From NCBI GenBank assembly GCA_907165135.1, contig OU015567.1, positions 5,456,001 through 5,520,000 on the forward strand: a stretch of DNA of 64,000 nt, given 5' to 3'. Positions within the stretch are counted from its first letter, which is position 1. Every line of letters starts with the position of its first letter. This document shows, in pieces, positions 40,627 through 53,332 of the stretch. The DNA is from Oikopleura dioica. Its lineage: Eukaryota; Animalia; Chordata. The translations under genes and the position numbers were made by a program. The notes under the pieces were generated by a model that was not told the origin of the DNA, made no database searches, and saw nothing but the letters and a program-made list of their open reading frames with translations.

Positions 40627-41747
40627 CAGGTCTGTCCGGATTACTTCTTTCTCTGATGATGATTCTCCGGCAATATCGAGTTAAAACGAGAACAAGGCCA
40701 TCTAGCGGAAAGAAACTTTGTGTAAATGATCAGCAGATTATCAAGGATGACAAAACTAATCCGACTATCTGGATTTGCAAAATGCAAAAACGCGATTTAA
40801 AAAAAAAACTTTTCTTCTGTCATTTTTCTTCCAGAAAAGAAGAAGAAAAGATAGGTTTCTATGAAAAAAACTTGTGTCTTCCCGTGTCAGTTAGAATGAC
40901 ACGGAGAAAGTGTTATCATAAACTCTTATCAACCTGCTCAGCAACAAACTAGAAGTCACGTTCTGCCATTTTGGTGATAAAACCTAAGCTCCGCTGATAA
41001 GAAAATTGATAATTACGCCAAATTTTCATCCATTTTTGAAATCATAATTAATCGTCACTTTATTTCCTGCCCAAATAAATAATCTTTTCAACGTTAGTCT
41101 GCTCGTTCGTTTACTCGTTCCATTTTAACCTACTGTATCTTGTCTTTTTTTTATTAAAAGATGATCCGTCACGTTTCAAAATTGAGCCCTGCCACGCTTC
41201 GACATCCGCATAATTCAGCCTCCGCTACGTATACACGACCATCCGGTGGTGAAATTTGAACCGCGGCTTAGAACCCAAATCGGATAGAAGATCAACTCGA
41301 ACATAAAGAGATCCGCGATCAGCTTCTTTTGCGATTTTTCCTGTACGTGTTTCGATTTTTTTTTTGCTGAAATATTCAAAAACATAATTTGAACTTCTTG
41401 AGCTTACGGTTAAATTCGTAGTGACTGCGCAGATCATTAAATATATTCATGGAGGCCACCCTTAAAATTATCCAGAGCGATATTTTAAGATAAAAAAATG
41501 CGGTTTCTGTTTAATTATTCTAGAAAAAATCTTCCCAAAATCAAATCCAAAAAAAAAACAAATTTTCGAATTTTGAACATTTATTTGAAGCCAGCTCCAC
41601 AAAACAATCCAAAATATTTAAAATAATAAACCATAATGTGCAGTCATGACAACAGTTTTTGAAAACGATCAAGCGCCGTTAATGAAAAACTTAACGGCTC
41701 AGACGAAAGCCTGGGTTTCGATCGGATTCGGAAGACAGAAAAGGAAC

Positions 41748-42238
41748 TTAGGCGCAGTATCGTCGAGCGTACTGGTTCTTGACTTTCTTGAGTCGTCGGA
41801 CGGCCTGTCGGGCAACGTTGCCTCGTCCGTCGCAGGCCCATCGTCGAGCAGCGGAGCTGAGGGCAGAGTTGATCTGAGAGTTCAACTTGCAGAAGTCATC
41901 CTCGGAGAAGACGTTGACGTCCTCGGCTTCGGAGACCTCGGCGTCGCACTCGTCACCTCGTCCACCGTTGGCAGCGACGATTCTGGCAGCCCAGGACTGG
42001 ATCTTGGCGACGTATCGGTCGTCCTTGGCGTCACCAGCGGTGAGGGTGGCGTCGGCAAGTCGCTAGAATCAGAATTTTAGAAAATTTTTCGAAAAAAATT
42101 TTTGTTAAAAAGCCAAAAAATCTCTATTTTTTATATCTCTGAATTTTTACTTACGTCAAGATGTCCGAGGATGATGTCAACTCGGTCCTGGACAACGTCG
42201 GCCTGGGCAAGAGCAAGGGCGGCGGCGAAAACTTTCAT
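41748..42238 (-). CDS. Small secreted protein, tandem paralog 1 (132 aa; exons 42155-42238 and 41748-42062)
   Basis: MKVFAAALALAQADVVQDRVDIILGHLD|RLADATL...AARRWACDGRGNVARQAVRRLKKVKNQYARRYCA*. Canonical GT-AG intron and strong codon bias. Confidence 0.85.
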
Positions 42239-42671
42239 TTTTAATTATTTTTCTTCTGTCTATCAGAATACCGTTTCGAAGCGGCGAAGCGGTTTTTAAA
42301 GGATTCTAGAGGCGAGGTGAACCGGCAGGTGGCGATCGCGCGGTGCTCCCGCGAATGCTAAGGGTCAGCTCCGCCGCCAGAGCTCTACAGCGAAACCGCC
42401 CGAGGAAATTCTTTAAGCATTCCTTTCTGCCTGTCTAATTTTTAGTAGTTGCGGTGGCCTGTTATCGCGGGGGAACTGGAAGGGATTTGAGTCAACCGGA
42501 CTGATAAGCGAATGGGAGATAAGAAACCACACGTTTCAGAAGCTTTTTTTCAACGATTTCTTGAAAATAAAGACTTGAAAAAAATTTTTGAATTTTTGAA
42601 ATTTATTAAAATTCATCATAAAAGAATGGATTGAATAATATGATGGAATTTCAGAAAATAAACGATTTTCT

Positions 42672-43209
42672 TTAGTAGTATTGAGGTCGGCCGTATCGTC
42701 GAGCATCAGCGCCTTCATCAGCGGAGCAGTATCGTCGAGCGTACTGGTTCTTGACTTTTCGAAGTCGTCGGACGGCCTGTCGGGCGACGTTGCCTCGTCC
42801 GTCGCAGGCCCATCGGCGAGCGGCAGAGTTGAGGGCGGCGTTGATCTGCGAGTTCAGCTGGCAGTAGTCGTCCTCGGAGAAGACCAACTTGTCGTCGGCT
42901 TCTTCCTCGGCGGCGTCGCACTCGGCGTCTCGGTCGCCGTTGGCAGCGACGATTCTGGCAGCCCAGGACTGGATCTTGGCGACGTAGCGGTCGTCCTTGG
43001 CATCACCGGCGGTGAGGGTGGCGTCGGCAAGTCGCTGGAATGAAAATTTAAGAAGAAGTCATTGTGGAATTCTCAGACCCTGACTCAGGTTTTCTACACT
43101 GTTCAGTTTTCTCTGTGTAACTTACGTCAAGATGTCCGAGAATGATGTCGACTCGGTCCTGGACGGCAGAAGCCTGGACGAGAGCAAGGACGGCGGCGAA
43201 AAGTTTCAT
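42672..43209 (-). CDS. Small secreted protein, tandem paralog 2 (exons 43126-43209 and 42672-43034), C-terminally extended
   Basis: Same 84-nt exon 1 and intron position as paralog 1; ends ...YARRYCSADEGADARRYGRPQYY*. Confidence 0.85.
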
Positions 43210-43508
43210 TTTTCGTTTTTTTTTTCTTCTGTTTTTCAGAATAAATCTCTGAAGCCGGGGAGCGAGCTTTTAAAGGAACTCCGGATGAGAGGTGAGCCGA
43301 AAGGTGGCGATCTTTTCTAGAGAGCTGAAATTGCCCCGGGAAAAACTTAAATTTTTGCGGCTTGAAGGTTTCGTTCGTAAGGAGGAAGAAATCGGAACAA
43401 ATGAAAGTTTATTTGTAATCATAACAGAAAAATTCAAATACAATAGTTTCTGACAGAAAATAAGACAGAAATGATTGTGAGTTCTTCCAATCAGTCAAAA
43501 GCAAAAAT

Positions 43509-43966
43509 TTAATAACAGTATCGTCGCTCGTACTGGTTCTTGACTTTTTTGAGTCGTCGGACGGCCTGTCTGGCAACGTTGCCACGTCCGTCGCATGCCC
43601 ATCGTCGAGCGGCAGAGCTGAGGGCCGAGTTGATTTGCCTGTTTAACTTGCACCAGTCGCCCTCGGAGAAGACGCTGACGTCCTCGCTTTCCTCCTCGAC
43701 GGCGTCGCACTCGGCACCGTCTCGGTCGCCGTTGGCAGCGACGATCTTGGCAGCCCAGCTCTGGATCTTGGCGACGTATCGTTCGTCCTTAGCATTGCCG
43801 CCGTAGAGGCCATTCTCGACGAGACGCTTTTAAAAGAATTTTAGTAAAAAGCAACTGTTTTTTAACATCTCCGAATACATACGTCAAAATGACCAAGAAT
43901 CACGTCGATTCGGTCCTGGACGGCGGAGGCCTGGACGAGGGCAACTGTCGCGGCAAAAAGCTTCAT
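43509..43966 (-). CDS. Small secreted protein, tandem paralog 3 (exons 43883-43966 and 43509-43826)
   Basis: MKLFAATVALVQASAVQDRIDVILGHFD|RLVENG...QYERRYCY*. Confidence 0.85.
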
Positions 43967-44891
43967 TTTCTGTTTTTTGATCAAAACTGAATAATTTTCC
44001 GAAGGTTGTTGCTGATTTTATACTTTTTTAGAGCCAGAAGGTGGCGAACATGGCCACGTTTTAGTTTTGTTACCAAATTACTCGATGACCACATTACAAT
44101 GTTATTCTCACATCTGCATGGCGTTTAGAAATAGTTCAGGACTCAAAAATTAGAATGATAAAATTTTTATTATTTTTTTAAATTTTAAAAATTTAATTAC
44201 GTTTTTTCTTCAAGAACCTTTCTAAAAAAGGACTTAGCTACTTCTATAAAGTTCATAGTTTGCTCTTGTTTACCCCTCATTTCAAACTCTATTGCCCCTT
44301 ATAAATTAATTGATCTAACAGTCATTATCTCATAAAATGAATATTTTATTCAAAAATGATCTTTAAAAACCGTCCACTCAACTACTTTCTCATCAAATCT
44401 TTCAAGTCTACTAAATGGCGATTCGCGAGAAACTGCAAAAAGAAACAGGCAGGGTTTCGTTTGACCATTTTTTTAAAATCGTTTGTTTTCATAAGAAACA
44501 GCCAAAGCGCTTTTTAGGCTTTTTGAAAATGCAGTTTCTATTTTCAATCATTTTTTTTTACCAATTTTTTGCTATTTTCGAAGCTCGTTTAAAGCCCATC
44601 GTCTGCTAAACGACGAGCTGGTACGTAAGCAAAACACAAGAAAAAGCACCTGCTTCGCTTATCACCCTCATTACTTGGCCAATTTGCGGCTTGTCATTCT
44701 CAGCTTGAAGCTTCTCAGAAGTCCTTTTCATTTCGAAACTGGCTGTTTAACCAAAACTGCGGGATTCTTTTTCGAATTCTTCCTAGGCGCTGTTGGCGGG
44801 GCTTTTTCAGCAGAACAAGAAAGCGAGGAAAAATGTTGAAGCTGTTCCTAGGACAGATATGGGTAGGTCAGGATTCTTGAGCTTCCAAAAT

Positions 44892-45168
44892 GTCAGATTT
44901 AAGGAAATGACACCCTTATTTCTCGTTCAATTCTAAAAAGACTTTTTCAAGAAAATCTTCTTCTTCTTTTTTTTTTGAAAACGAAAAACCGCAAGCGGCT
45001 CAGAGCTAGACGAAATTTAGCTGCGCTTTTTTAATAATGCGCGGATTTTTTTCTCGTTTCGCTCGAAGCCGCAAATTGCTTCTCATTTTCAAAAATAAAA
45101 GGTTGACTACACGAAAACTCTTCTTAGAATAGAAAGAGAAATAAGGGTGTCACTTCCTTAAATCTGAC
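44892..45168. mobile_element. Family D MITE (TIR GTCAGATTTAAGGAA(A/G)TGACACCCTTATTTCTC) with a degenerate family C element nested inside
   Basis: About 33-bp inverted repeats at the ends. Related GTGA(C/T)ACCCTTATTTT / AAAATAAGGGT(G/A)TCAC pairs near 752-830, 9905-9960 and 45687-45815. Confidence 0.75.
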
Positions 45169-47492
45169 CCTAAAATTATTTTTAGATGTTTTGGATGCTG
45201 CGTTCGAGCGGCTTATTCTTTCAGGAGGGGCTTTTGACTTCAAAATAATCGAAAAAAAGAGGACTAAAATTGTCATATATTTTCGTCGAAATAATTATAG
45301 TAATTCTTCCTTGAATTTGCCAGGAATAGAAGCAGGAACAACGTAAGCTTGTGCTTACAAAATGCATTTCAAGTGCAACCCGGTTGCACTTCTAAACTCA
45401 CGTGATCAGCTCAAGAGCCCTTTGCTAGAAATACGTCTGCGCTGGACGTTGCGCAGAATCGCCTTTCTACGTAAGTCGCTTCAAGTTCTGCTTTATTTGT
45501 TTTACGCCAAATGCCATAATCGCCAGGGACAAGACCGTCTTGGTAAAACAACTCGTGATAACAAACGCTCAAACTGCTTGTTTTCTCAACTGACGTCGGA
45601 AAACGAGAAAGATTTTTGTTAAATTGCATTTTTGTGAATCTCGCAAAATGATGATGTCACATTATTTTATTGATTTTACTATTGCTTACACCCTTATTTT
45701 TCTCTCAAAAATAAATGTGTCATTATTTTTTGAGAATTGTAGATGAAAAAATATCAAAATCTAATCGAGGAAAAAACAATTCCTCTTTTATTTTAATGTC
45801 AAATAAGGGTGTAACTCTCTTATTTTGAGATCTTGACAAAAATGCCATTTTCAACAAGAAATTTTGTGTTTTTCATAAAGTATTTTCTAAAATATGATAA
45901 TTTGAATGTAAGACATTCTTAAACATAATGTTCTCTGCTAAAATTTCATTTTTGAATGTAAGAAGAAAGCAAATTTTTTCTAAGACTCAGGAAAAAAATA
46001 AGGGTATCACTTTATTAAATATACAAGAAGACATTATTTTTAAGGATCCATAGTATGGATTCCATACCCTAAAAATTAAGGTTGGTGTCTGGAACCGACA
46101 AAAAAATTTCGACAAATTTTGCGTGGGCGGCTACTCGGCTGCTGATTGGCTGGTTTGCCGAATCTGGGCTTCTCATTGGTTTAAAATTTCCATGCAAAAT
46201 TTGTCGAAATTTTTTGTCGGTTCCATACACCTCCCCAAGAATTATCCCTAAGGGTGTGCTCTCCTTAATTCTAGCATTTGTCTTCTAGGCCTGATTGTCG
46301 GATCAAAAGATGTCAACCGTCCACGACCATCAATTTTCATGGACGAAACAACTTCAATACTTTTCAACCCAGTTCGAAAATGATCAAATAAAATATGAAT
46401 TCGGGTCGCCCCGAGTTCGTTTTAATCAATTTCATGTGACTCCGAAATGATCTAACCACGTGATATATTTTTTCTTTTCAGATTAAAAGAAGGGATGAAC
46501 GTTCATTTATTCAAATTTGGTGAGGTCAAATTTGATGGAATTGAAATAACGAGTTCGGTTGGCTCCTTCGCGCTCGTATGCGTCGAAATCTTAATTGGGG
46601 ATCACGTGATTCATAATCGAGAATTAAATAAATCAACTCACGTGCGACATCTTTAGCTGTCCATTTCCAGTCCAAGGGGCCGTCGTTGGACGAGATCGAT
46701 CCTAATCCTGCGGAATCAGCTGATGGACCTCCTTCTTGTTGTTTCGGGGTCTAGTAAGAATCCAGTCAGTTTGTTAGATACTCAATTTTTATTTATTATT
46801 CTCGTTTGGAAGATCGTACCGATTTGGCTCTGTCAGAGTCGTTCTATTTCAATTATTGATACTGGAGTAACTAGGGTGGAGTATAATTGCTTACGTTCGA
46901 TTTGAGAAGATATCCATGAGCATCGGGTTTGCCTGGAGAGTCGATGAAACGTCCAGGAAGACGTTTTAGCGTGGTTCCGCTGTAGATTGGATCTGGTTGA
47001 TCAGAACCCTGAAAAATTACTCACTTTCGTTCAAATCTAAATTATTATCTTTATTAGGGTGGTCAAAATGCTCGAAAACTCTTGACAGGGGAGATAACGG
47101 AAAGTCGATTCCTTCAGCCAAAGTTTCGACGGCTGGCCTCAGTAACCAGTGTAGAAAACCTGAGTCAGGATCAGAAAGATCTGTAATGAAAAGCCGCGGA
47201 GCTTCTTTACAGATTTTTCGCACCCTGACTCAGGTTTTCAACACATGGTTTCGAAATCAATTCGTCTGCCTCTTCCAACCCCCTTCTAGTAAAACCGCCT
47301 CGAAAACTTACCTTGGACTGAGGGATGCAGCTGATATCATTGATCTCTAAAGACATATTTTTTTCAGTTGCCTTTGATTTAATCTTTGAAAATCTTTTCT
47401 TCGACTTCCGGTCTGGCCGAAAATTGATTCAGAGAAAAGCACTAATAACTCATCAAGACTTTTTTATTTCAGAAATCATGAATCTTCTCAAA

Positions 47493-50400
47493 TCAGGCTT
47501 CTTCTTCTTCGTCATCTTCTTCTAGAAGAGGATGGTTTGTTTTATCGTTCCATTCTTGCTCCGTGTCGAGCGATCCATCTGTCCAATTATAATTGCACTT
47601 CAGCTACGTCAAAAACGACTCAAACACATTCTTCTTTTTATAACAAGTCAATTCGTCGTAATTTGGCTAATTTTCAAAACAACTGTTGGTTCCTGTTTTG
47701 CGTCACCAAAATACGAATTATGCGATCTTTTGACGAGTTCCTTGTTGTCAGTGCAGCATTGACGGCAGATGGACACTTCAATCGTCGAATTCGCAGGGAA
47801 GCATTGATGGTACGGCCCGGGCTGGTCTTTTTACGGGGAAAAAGGAAAATACGGAAGTACAAAATTTCGAACTGGATCAAGGAGGGATCTCACGCTCTCG
47901 TAAAGAAATCTACGAAAAATCGAATCGAGCCTGAAATAATATCTTACGAAAATCTCTGACGAAAAAGATAAGCCTCGTTATTGACTTGGAAACTTTATGA
48001 AACTCATTTTTCTGAAGATTTTTTCAAAAAAATCGAATATCTTCAAACAGAGCAATTTTTACAGAACGACCCAAAATCCAAAATCAAATAACATCTGTTA
48101 AAAAATTCAAAAGCAAAAAGGATTCAACTAAGACATCACTGATGTTCCATTCGTAAAAAACTAGGGCAGATGTTCTCAGCAGGAAACCGATCTCGCGAAG
48201 ATAAGGGGTTCTCTAGCGCTATCAATTCAAAAATCATGCTATAAAATCAGATCTTTCGCCTCAAAGATGCATCATAAATATAATTCATTTTTAAAATGAA
48301 TTCCAAAGGGAATCTAAGAAGTTAAATCGTCGCCAGTTTCCAGTATGGCAAATTTAAATTTTTTGAAATGAAGCTACAATTCTAACTGTTCGAACGCATC
48401 TACATCCACACCAGAGAGTCACAATAAAATGACAATGAAATTTAATTTCTTCATTTCGAATTTCCGTTCCTTCAGTTTGCCCAAAGAAAAAGTTGAAGCC
48501 CATTACTTTTGGAAGATCTCGCCCATAGAACTTGTCATTTTGCTCAAATTCGGCGAGGCAGGCCTTCGATTGCTAAAGAAAAAACGATTTATCGAAAAAA
48601 ATTAAAAAAAGAGTTATTGAAAAGAATGATCGGCGATTTCCGACACATTGAAATGCTCATCGCGGAGATCGGATTAAAAGACGGATGATCTGTTCTTATT
48701 GACTATGTCTATCTCCAAAATTGACACGAATCTCGGAGACGAGGAGGAGAAGAATCAGAGCCTTGACAGGCTCTTGATGATGTTTTCCTTATTACTGAAA
48801 TTTTGCGTTTATTTACCTTGCAGCCCATATGAACCTTGGTCACATTGCCAAAATGTCGATTTTCTCTGATGTCACAATGATACTGCTCATCCTTGCTGAT
48901 TAAAAATTGAGCGATTTTCTTAGCGAGCCAAATAAGTTACCAGTTTACGTAGTAGCCTTCAGAAACGCACTCTTCGTACGAGGCAGAGTGACACTTCCAG
49001 CATTGGTGACCATTGTGGCCTAAAAACAAAAAATTCTGAAGTTCAAATTAAGAATCAAAACCAATCAAAAGCCTTTATCGGGTGAACAAGCCATTCAAAG
49101 GGCCTAAAATCTCGAGACCAATCAAAAGACTTCTTTTCGCCAACAAGCCAATCAAAATCCTTTTTTTGGTTCATCGGCCAATCAGAAGCTCCGTTTTTCC
49201 ATGCGAAGAATTTTTTGCCCGCGAATGTTCAATTAGCCAATCAAAAATCATCATTTTCATTTCGAGCCTATTAAAAGCCTTAATTTTTCTTAACCGCCAA
49301 TCATGATCCCCAATTCGCTTAATTGGCCAATCAGAACTGCTTTTTTTATCAAACGACGAATCAAAGGCCGAGTTTAAAATTCTCCATAAATTATGGACCA
49401 TAATACTGTATGTTACCTGTATGTTTCAAATGATTACGTCATTGGTAACTCAAAAGCAATAGAATGCACGAGATAATACTCAGTTGCACAATCGAGATTT
49501 GAATAAAATATTGCGGGATTAGAATTTGACGTTTTCGCAGCTCAGGGCCGAATAGACATTGTCGATGATCATTATCTTTATTGTATTTGTAAATAAGCCG
49601 CCTGTCAGACGCATCAATTATACACAAAATGACGCTCAGAAGAAAAAAAATGGGAATCAGAGTGGAGACTGAGTGCCACTGTCAGTTGGTAAGCGTCCCT
49701 GCTTTCCAGTCTGAGCAGCCGGAATATGGCAAAAAGGCAATTTTGAGAAGAGGGGTGGTCTGATTTCGAGGAAAAACAAAAAGTCCTGTTTTACAGTCAG
49801 AAACTGTAAGAATCAGTCTGTAGATGACAGGCAGACCGACCGATGAAGGCTAATACTGTATGAATACAGTTACTAAGATACTGTCTCACCAGAATTCTTG
49901 CTTTTTTGATTCAAAATTTGTTCGAAAATTTGAGTCGAAAATCGTACTTACCCATCGTTTCATCGATTTCGCCATATTCATCCTTTCCATTCAGATAACT
50001 CGGTAGTTCCTCATAATAATTTACTTTATTCTTATTCTGCTGTTTCTTCTTCTTCTTTTTCTTCCTTTCTCCAAACTCATCCACGTCATCGTAATAGTAA
50101 TCATAATAGTTGTCCATATAGTAGCTTTTAAAAAGGGGTTCATTTTCTGATTCCAAATTCAAACGTCATTTTGGCTTTGGAATTTGCAAAATCATCAGTT
50201 GTTACCCTTTCCTTGCGTCATATGAGCCAATATCTGAATCCGACATTTGACTAAAATGGTTAATTAGTAGCGCTGTCCATAATTATTGAAGGAATATTGA
50301 GGCTGATAAAATATGGCTAAAATACACCAAAATAACCCCCTGTCTTCTCATAAGCTCCAAAAATCAAACCAATTTTGATCCGAAATTTCACTTTTGAGTC

Positions 50401-50512
50401 AAATATTTTTCGAAGGTTTCAGGGTTTTTTTAGTCAAATAGAGTTGACGTCATTAACCCCATTACCTCTGCACGGCAAGAAGATTAACCGCCGCGATTTG
50501 TAGCGTCCTCAT
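47493..50512 (-). CDS. Probable secreted protein with Ly6/uPAR-like Cys modules, multi-exon; structure approximate
   Basis: Signal-like MRTLQIAAVNLLAVQ at 50512; exons HQCWKCHSASYEECVSEGYYVNC, HCDIRENRHFGNVTKVHMGCK and HQCFPANSTIEVSICRQCCTD; acidic end EEDDEEEEA*. Confidence 0.55.
49061..49333 (+). repeat. Degenerate 30-bp-period array with conserved CCAATCA cores
   Basis: Cores at 49061, 49091 (CCATTCA), 49118, 49148, 49178, 49237, 49267 (CCTATTA), 49297 and 49327. Confidence 0.8.
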
Positions 50513-50699
50513 CCTCCTTGATCCTCTCTTATGTCGGCTTTTACGTATTTTTAGCTGTCTCTCAGAGGATAAGCGATTTGACTCCGAGCTCGGTTGACTT
50601 TTTCTTCTTTTTGATGCACTGAGCTGCTTTTTCATCCTTTCTTGCTCAAATGAAAATGAATCATGCTAAAAAGCGATTTATAAGAATCACTGTAATTGA

Positions 50700-50852
50700 A
50701 TTACTGTCAAAAATTTCGATTCAAAATCGAAAAGCCGCTTGCGGCTTCGAGTAAAATAAGACAAAGAAGCCGCGCTTTGCGCGGCTAATTTATTATGGTA
50801 CTCGAAGCCGCAAGCGGTTTCTCAATTTTGAGTCGAAATTTTTGACAGTAAT
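50700..50852. mobile_element. Family C palindromic MITE (further copy at about 59260-59368)
   Basis: ATTACTGTCAAAAATTTCGATTCAAAAT / ATTTTGAGTCGAAATTTTTGACAGTAAT outer arms around the family C core. Confidence 0.8.
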
Positions 50853-50949
50853 CTAACTAAAATGATTTTATATAAACGGACATTTCAGAAGTTTCATATC
50901 AAAATTTAAATATTCAGATCCGCAATAAAGAATATTGCCAGGCCATAAA

Positions 50950-51854
50950 TTATGTCTGAACTTCGTCTCACCCTCTGCCAGATAGTCTGAAATGAAACAC
51001 TGCCATCTGAAATTACAGTAAGCAGCTCATACTCACTGTCACTGATGGCGCGCAAGAGTCCCTCTGGGCACAAATAAAAGCTGACGCGGAAACTGTACTA
51101 GCGAAAAAATACAAACGAAAAAATGTCGAAACAGAATTTGCTGAAAAAGAGTTTATCATCCGCGTCGAAGTGGTGGAAGAGTTTGGACCAGCCAGCGAGC
51201 TCGCAGACTTTGAGTCCTGCCGAACTAGCGGGCATTCCGACCAGCGAAGATATTCATTATGATTACATCATGTAAGTCAAGAGGCTTTTTTTAGATAAGA
51301 ACTTATTTTCATGCAAAAAAAAATTAAATTAAAAAATCCTATTTTTTCGACAAAAAAACTTCGACAAATTTTGCGTGGGCGGCAACTCGGCTGCTGATTG
51401 GCCAATTCGCTGAATTCGGGCTTCTGATTCGTTGAAAATTTCTATGCAAAATTTTTCGAAATTTTTCTGTCGGTTCCAGAGAACACCTCATTTTAACCTT
51501 CTTTTTACCAAAAAATCTAGACTCCGCCAAGCCCGCGAAATGGGCCGTCGTCAAACCTCCACCGACTCCAACTCCTCCAACCAATCAGAAAACTCTATCA
51601 GCAGCTCCTCCTCTTCCCAAGTCCGAATGCGAAAAACTCCCAGCTCCACTCCTCGTCGCCCCAAATCCGCCTGCCCAATTCAGCGAGCTAAAACCGAAAC
51701 AGCTTCAGAACCAATTTCATCAAGAAATTCTCCGAAAACTCTTCCAAAAACTCCAGTTCAAATCGTCCAAAAATCGACGCCCCTGAGCTCCGAAAAGCGA
51801 AAATTCTCGCGACAAAAGTCGGTTAACAAATGGTCGATGAAAGAAATCAGCTGA
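50950..51854 (+). CDS. Probable gene of unknown function with an S/P/K-rich C-terminus; 5' end uncertain
   Basis: Protein-like exons (..SPAELAGIPTSEDIHYDYI; ..KSVNKWSMKEIS*) followed by an AATAAA. Confidence 0.35.
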
Positions 51855-52695
51855 TCCTCTTCCTTTGCTCCTTTTTGACCCGAAAAAAGGTCATGTGACA
51901 AACAAAGCAAAAAAACTTGTTGAAAGCTTATTTCCTGCTAAAATCCCAATTTTCTCCTTGTGTAAAAAAAATTGAAATAAAAAAGTGTTATGCAATTTTT
52001 TCGAAACAAAATGCCCTTGATTTTTGGTCTTATAAAATAATATTCAATTTTTAATACTATTCAATGCCTTTTTTGACTTTTTTTGCACTTTTGAGTGGGT
52101 TTTAAATGTTGTTTAAAATGATGCTACCCAATCTCGTTTCGTCGAAAAAGTTTCTAGAATCAACTAAAAACAAAACAACACGTTTCGGCTTTCGTGACAT
52201 ATTCAGTAATCGTGACATTCGTGACATATTCAGTGGCGACCCAGAAACCCGAGGAAAAAAATGAATTCAACAACCACCAAACAGAATACGAAAAAAGAGA
52301 AGGGACGAATTCGACCAGTTTCTCTTTCCTCGTCCAGAAAAGATTTTCCGAAATCGTCTTTGGCAAAGTACAATGATGATCAGAACAGAACTTTCACTAT
52401 CAATCCTGACAAGTTCAACAAGAAAAAAAAAATCCACAGAATGATATTACAAATAATGATTATCTAAGCCCGTCGGCGGAAATGTATGAAAACGCAAACG
52501 AAGTCGATCTCGTATTTTTTGAGAATTCAATGACTTCGCCGTAAAGTTTTTCAATGCACAAGATGTCGAAACCAATGACTCAAAGCTCTTGTAAAGGAAT
52601 GAGTTCTAACATGGAAACTTGGAAATATTGCTGTTTCTATCCTCTTCACTTGCGTTGAAGCATGATTCTGATGCCTGCAAAAATTTCGGGCGTCG

Positions 52696-52931
52696 GGGAC
52701 TCGCAGTACCAAAGCTTTTTGTTACTGTCAGTACCAATTTTGGTACTGGGAGTACCAATTTCGGCTTTTCGAGTGATATTTTATCGAAATATTTCAGTCG
52801 GAACAATAGTAGGTGGGTAAATAAAAGTGAACCCTGTCCGAATCAGTAAGTTTCTTACCATTGAACCCGCGGAGCGGGCGTTCCTGGTTGACTTAAATTT
52901 TGCCTTGCCAAAATTGGTACTGGGAGTCCCC
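52696..52931. mobile_element. MITE-like element with TIR GGGGACTC(G/C)CAGTACCAA
   Basis: Inverted ends at 52696 and 52931, internal GGTACTGGGAGTACC repeats. No clear TSD. Confidence 0.6.
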
Positions 52932-53332
52932 GGTAGCCAAGATTTCTAGTTTTCTTTGATGCCTGAAAACTAACTTTTAAATCAATCGAGAATTCTTCTA
53001 CAACTTTGCCCCTGCACGCAGAAGGGGTTGAGTCTTATCAATAAAAATCTACAACGGCAAGTGCAGGGCTGCAAGTGTTATCATTTTCCGATTGAGTGAA
53101 TAGGGAAGGCAGTCTTATCTCGGCTAAAATGTTCTATCCAACAATTAACTAAGTAAACAAAAAAAAAACAAAAGAAGTTACGGAAATAAATGAAGCATCT
53201 TCGACTATTTTTTGTCCCCTTTGATGCACATTTTTGCGTTGGTTTGAAAATTTAAAGAAAACAATATTTTAAAAAATCTTTAAAATGGATCAACTTTTTT
53301 TTTGCGAATTTACAAAAGATCCCAGAAAAAAT

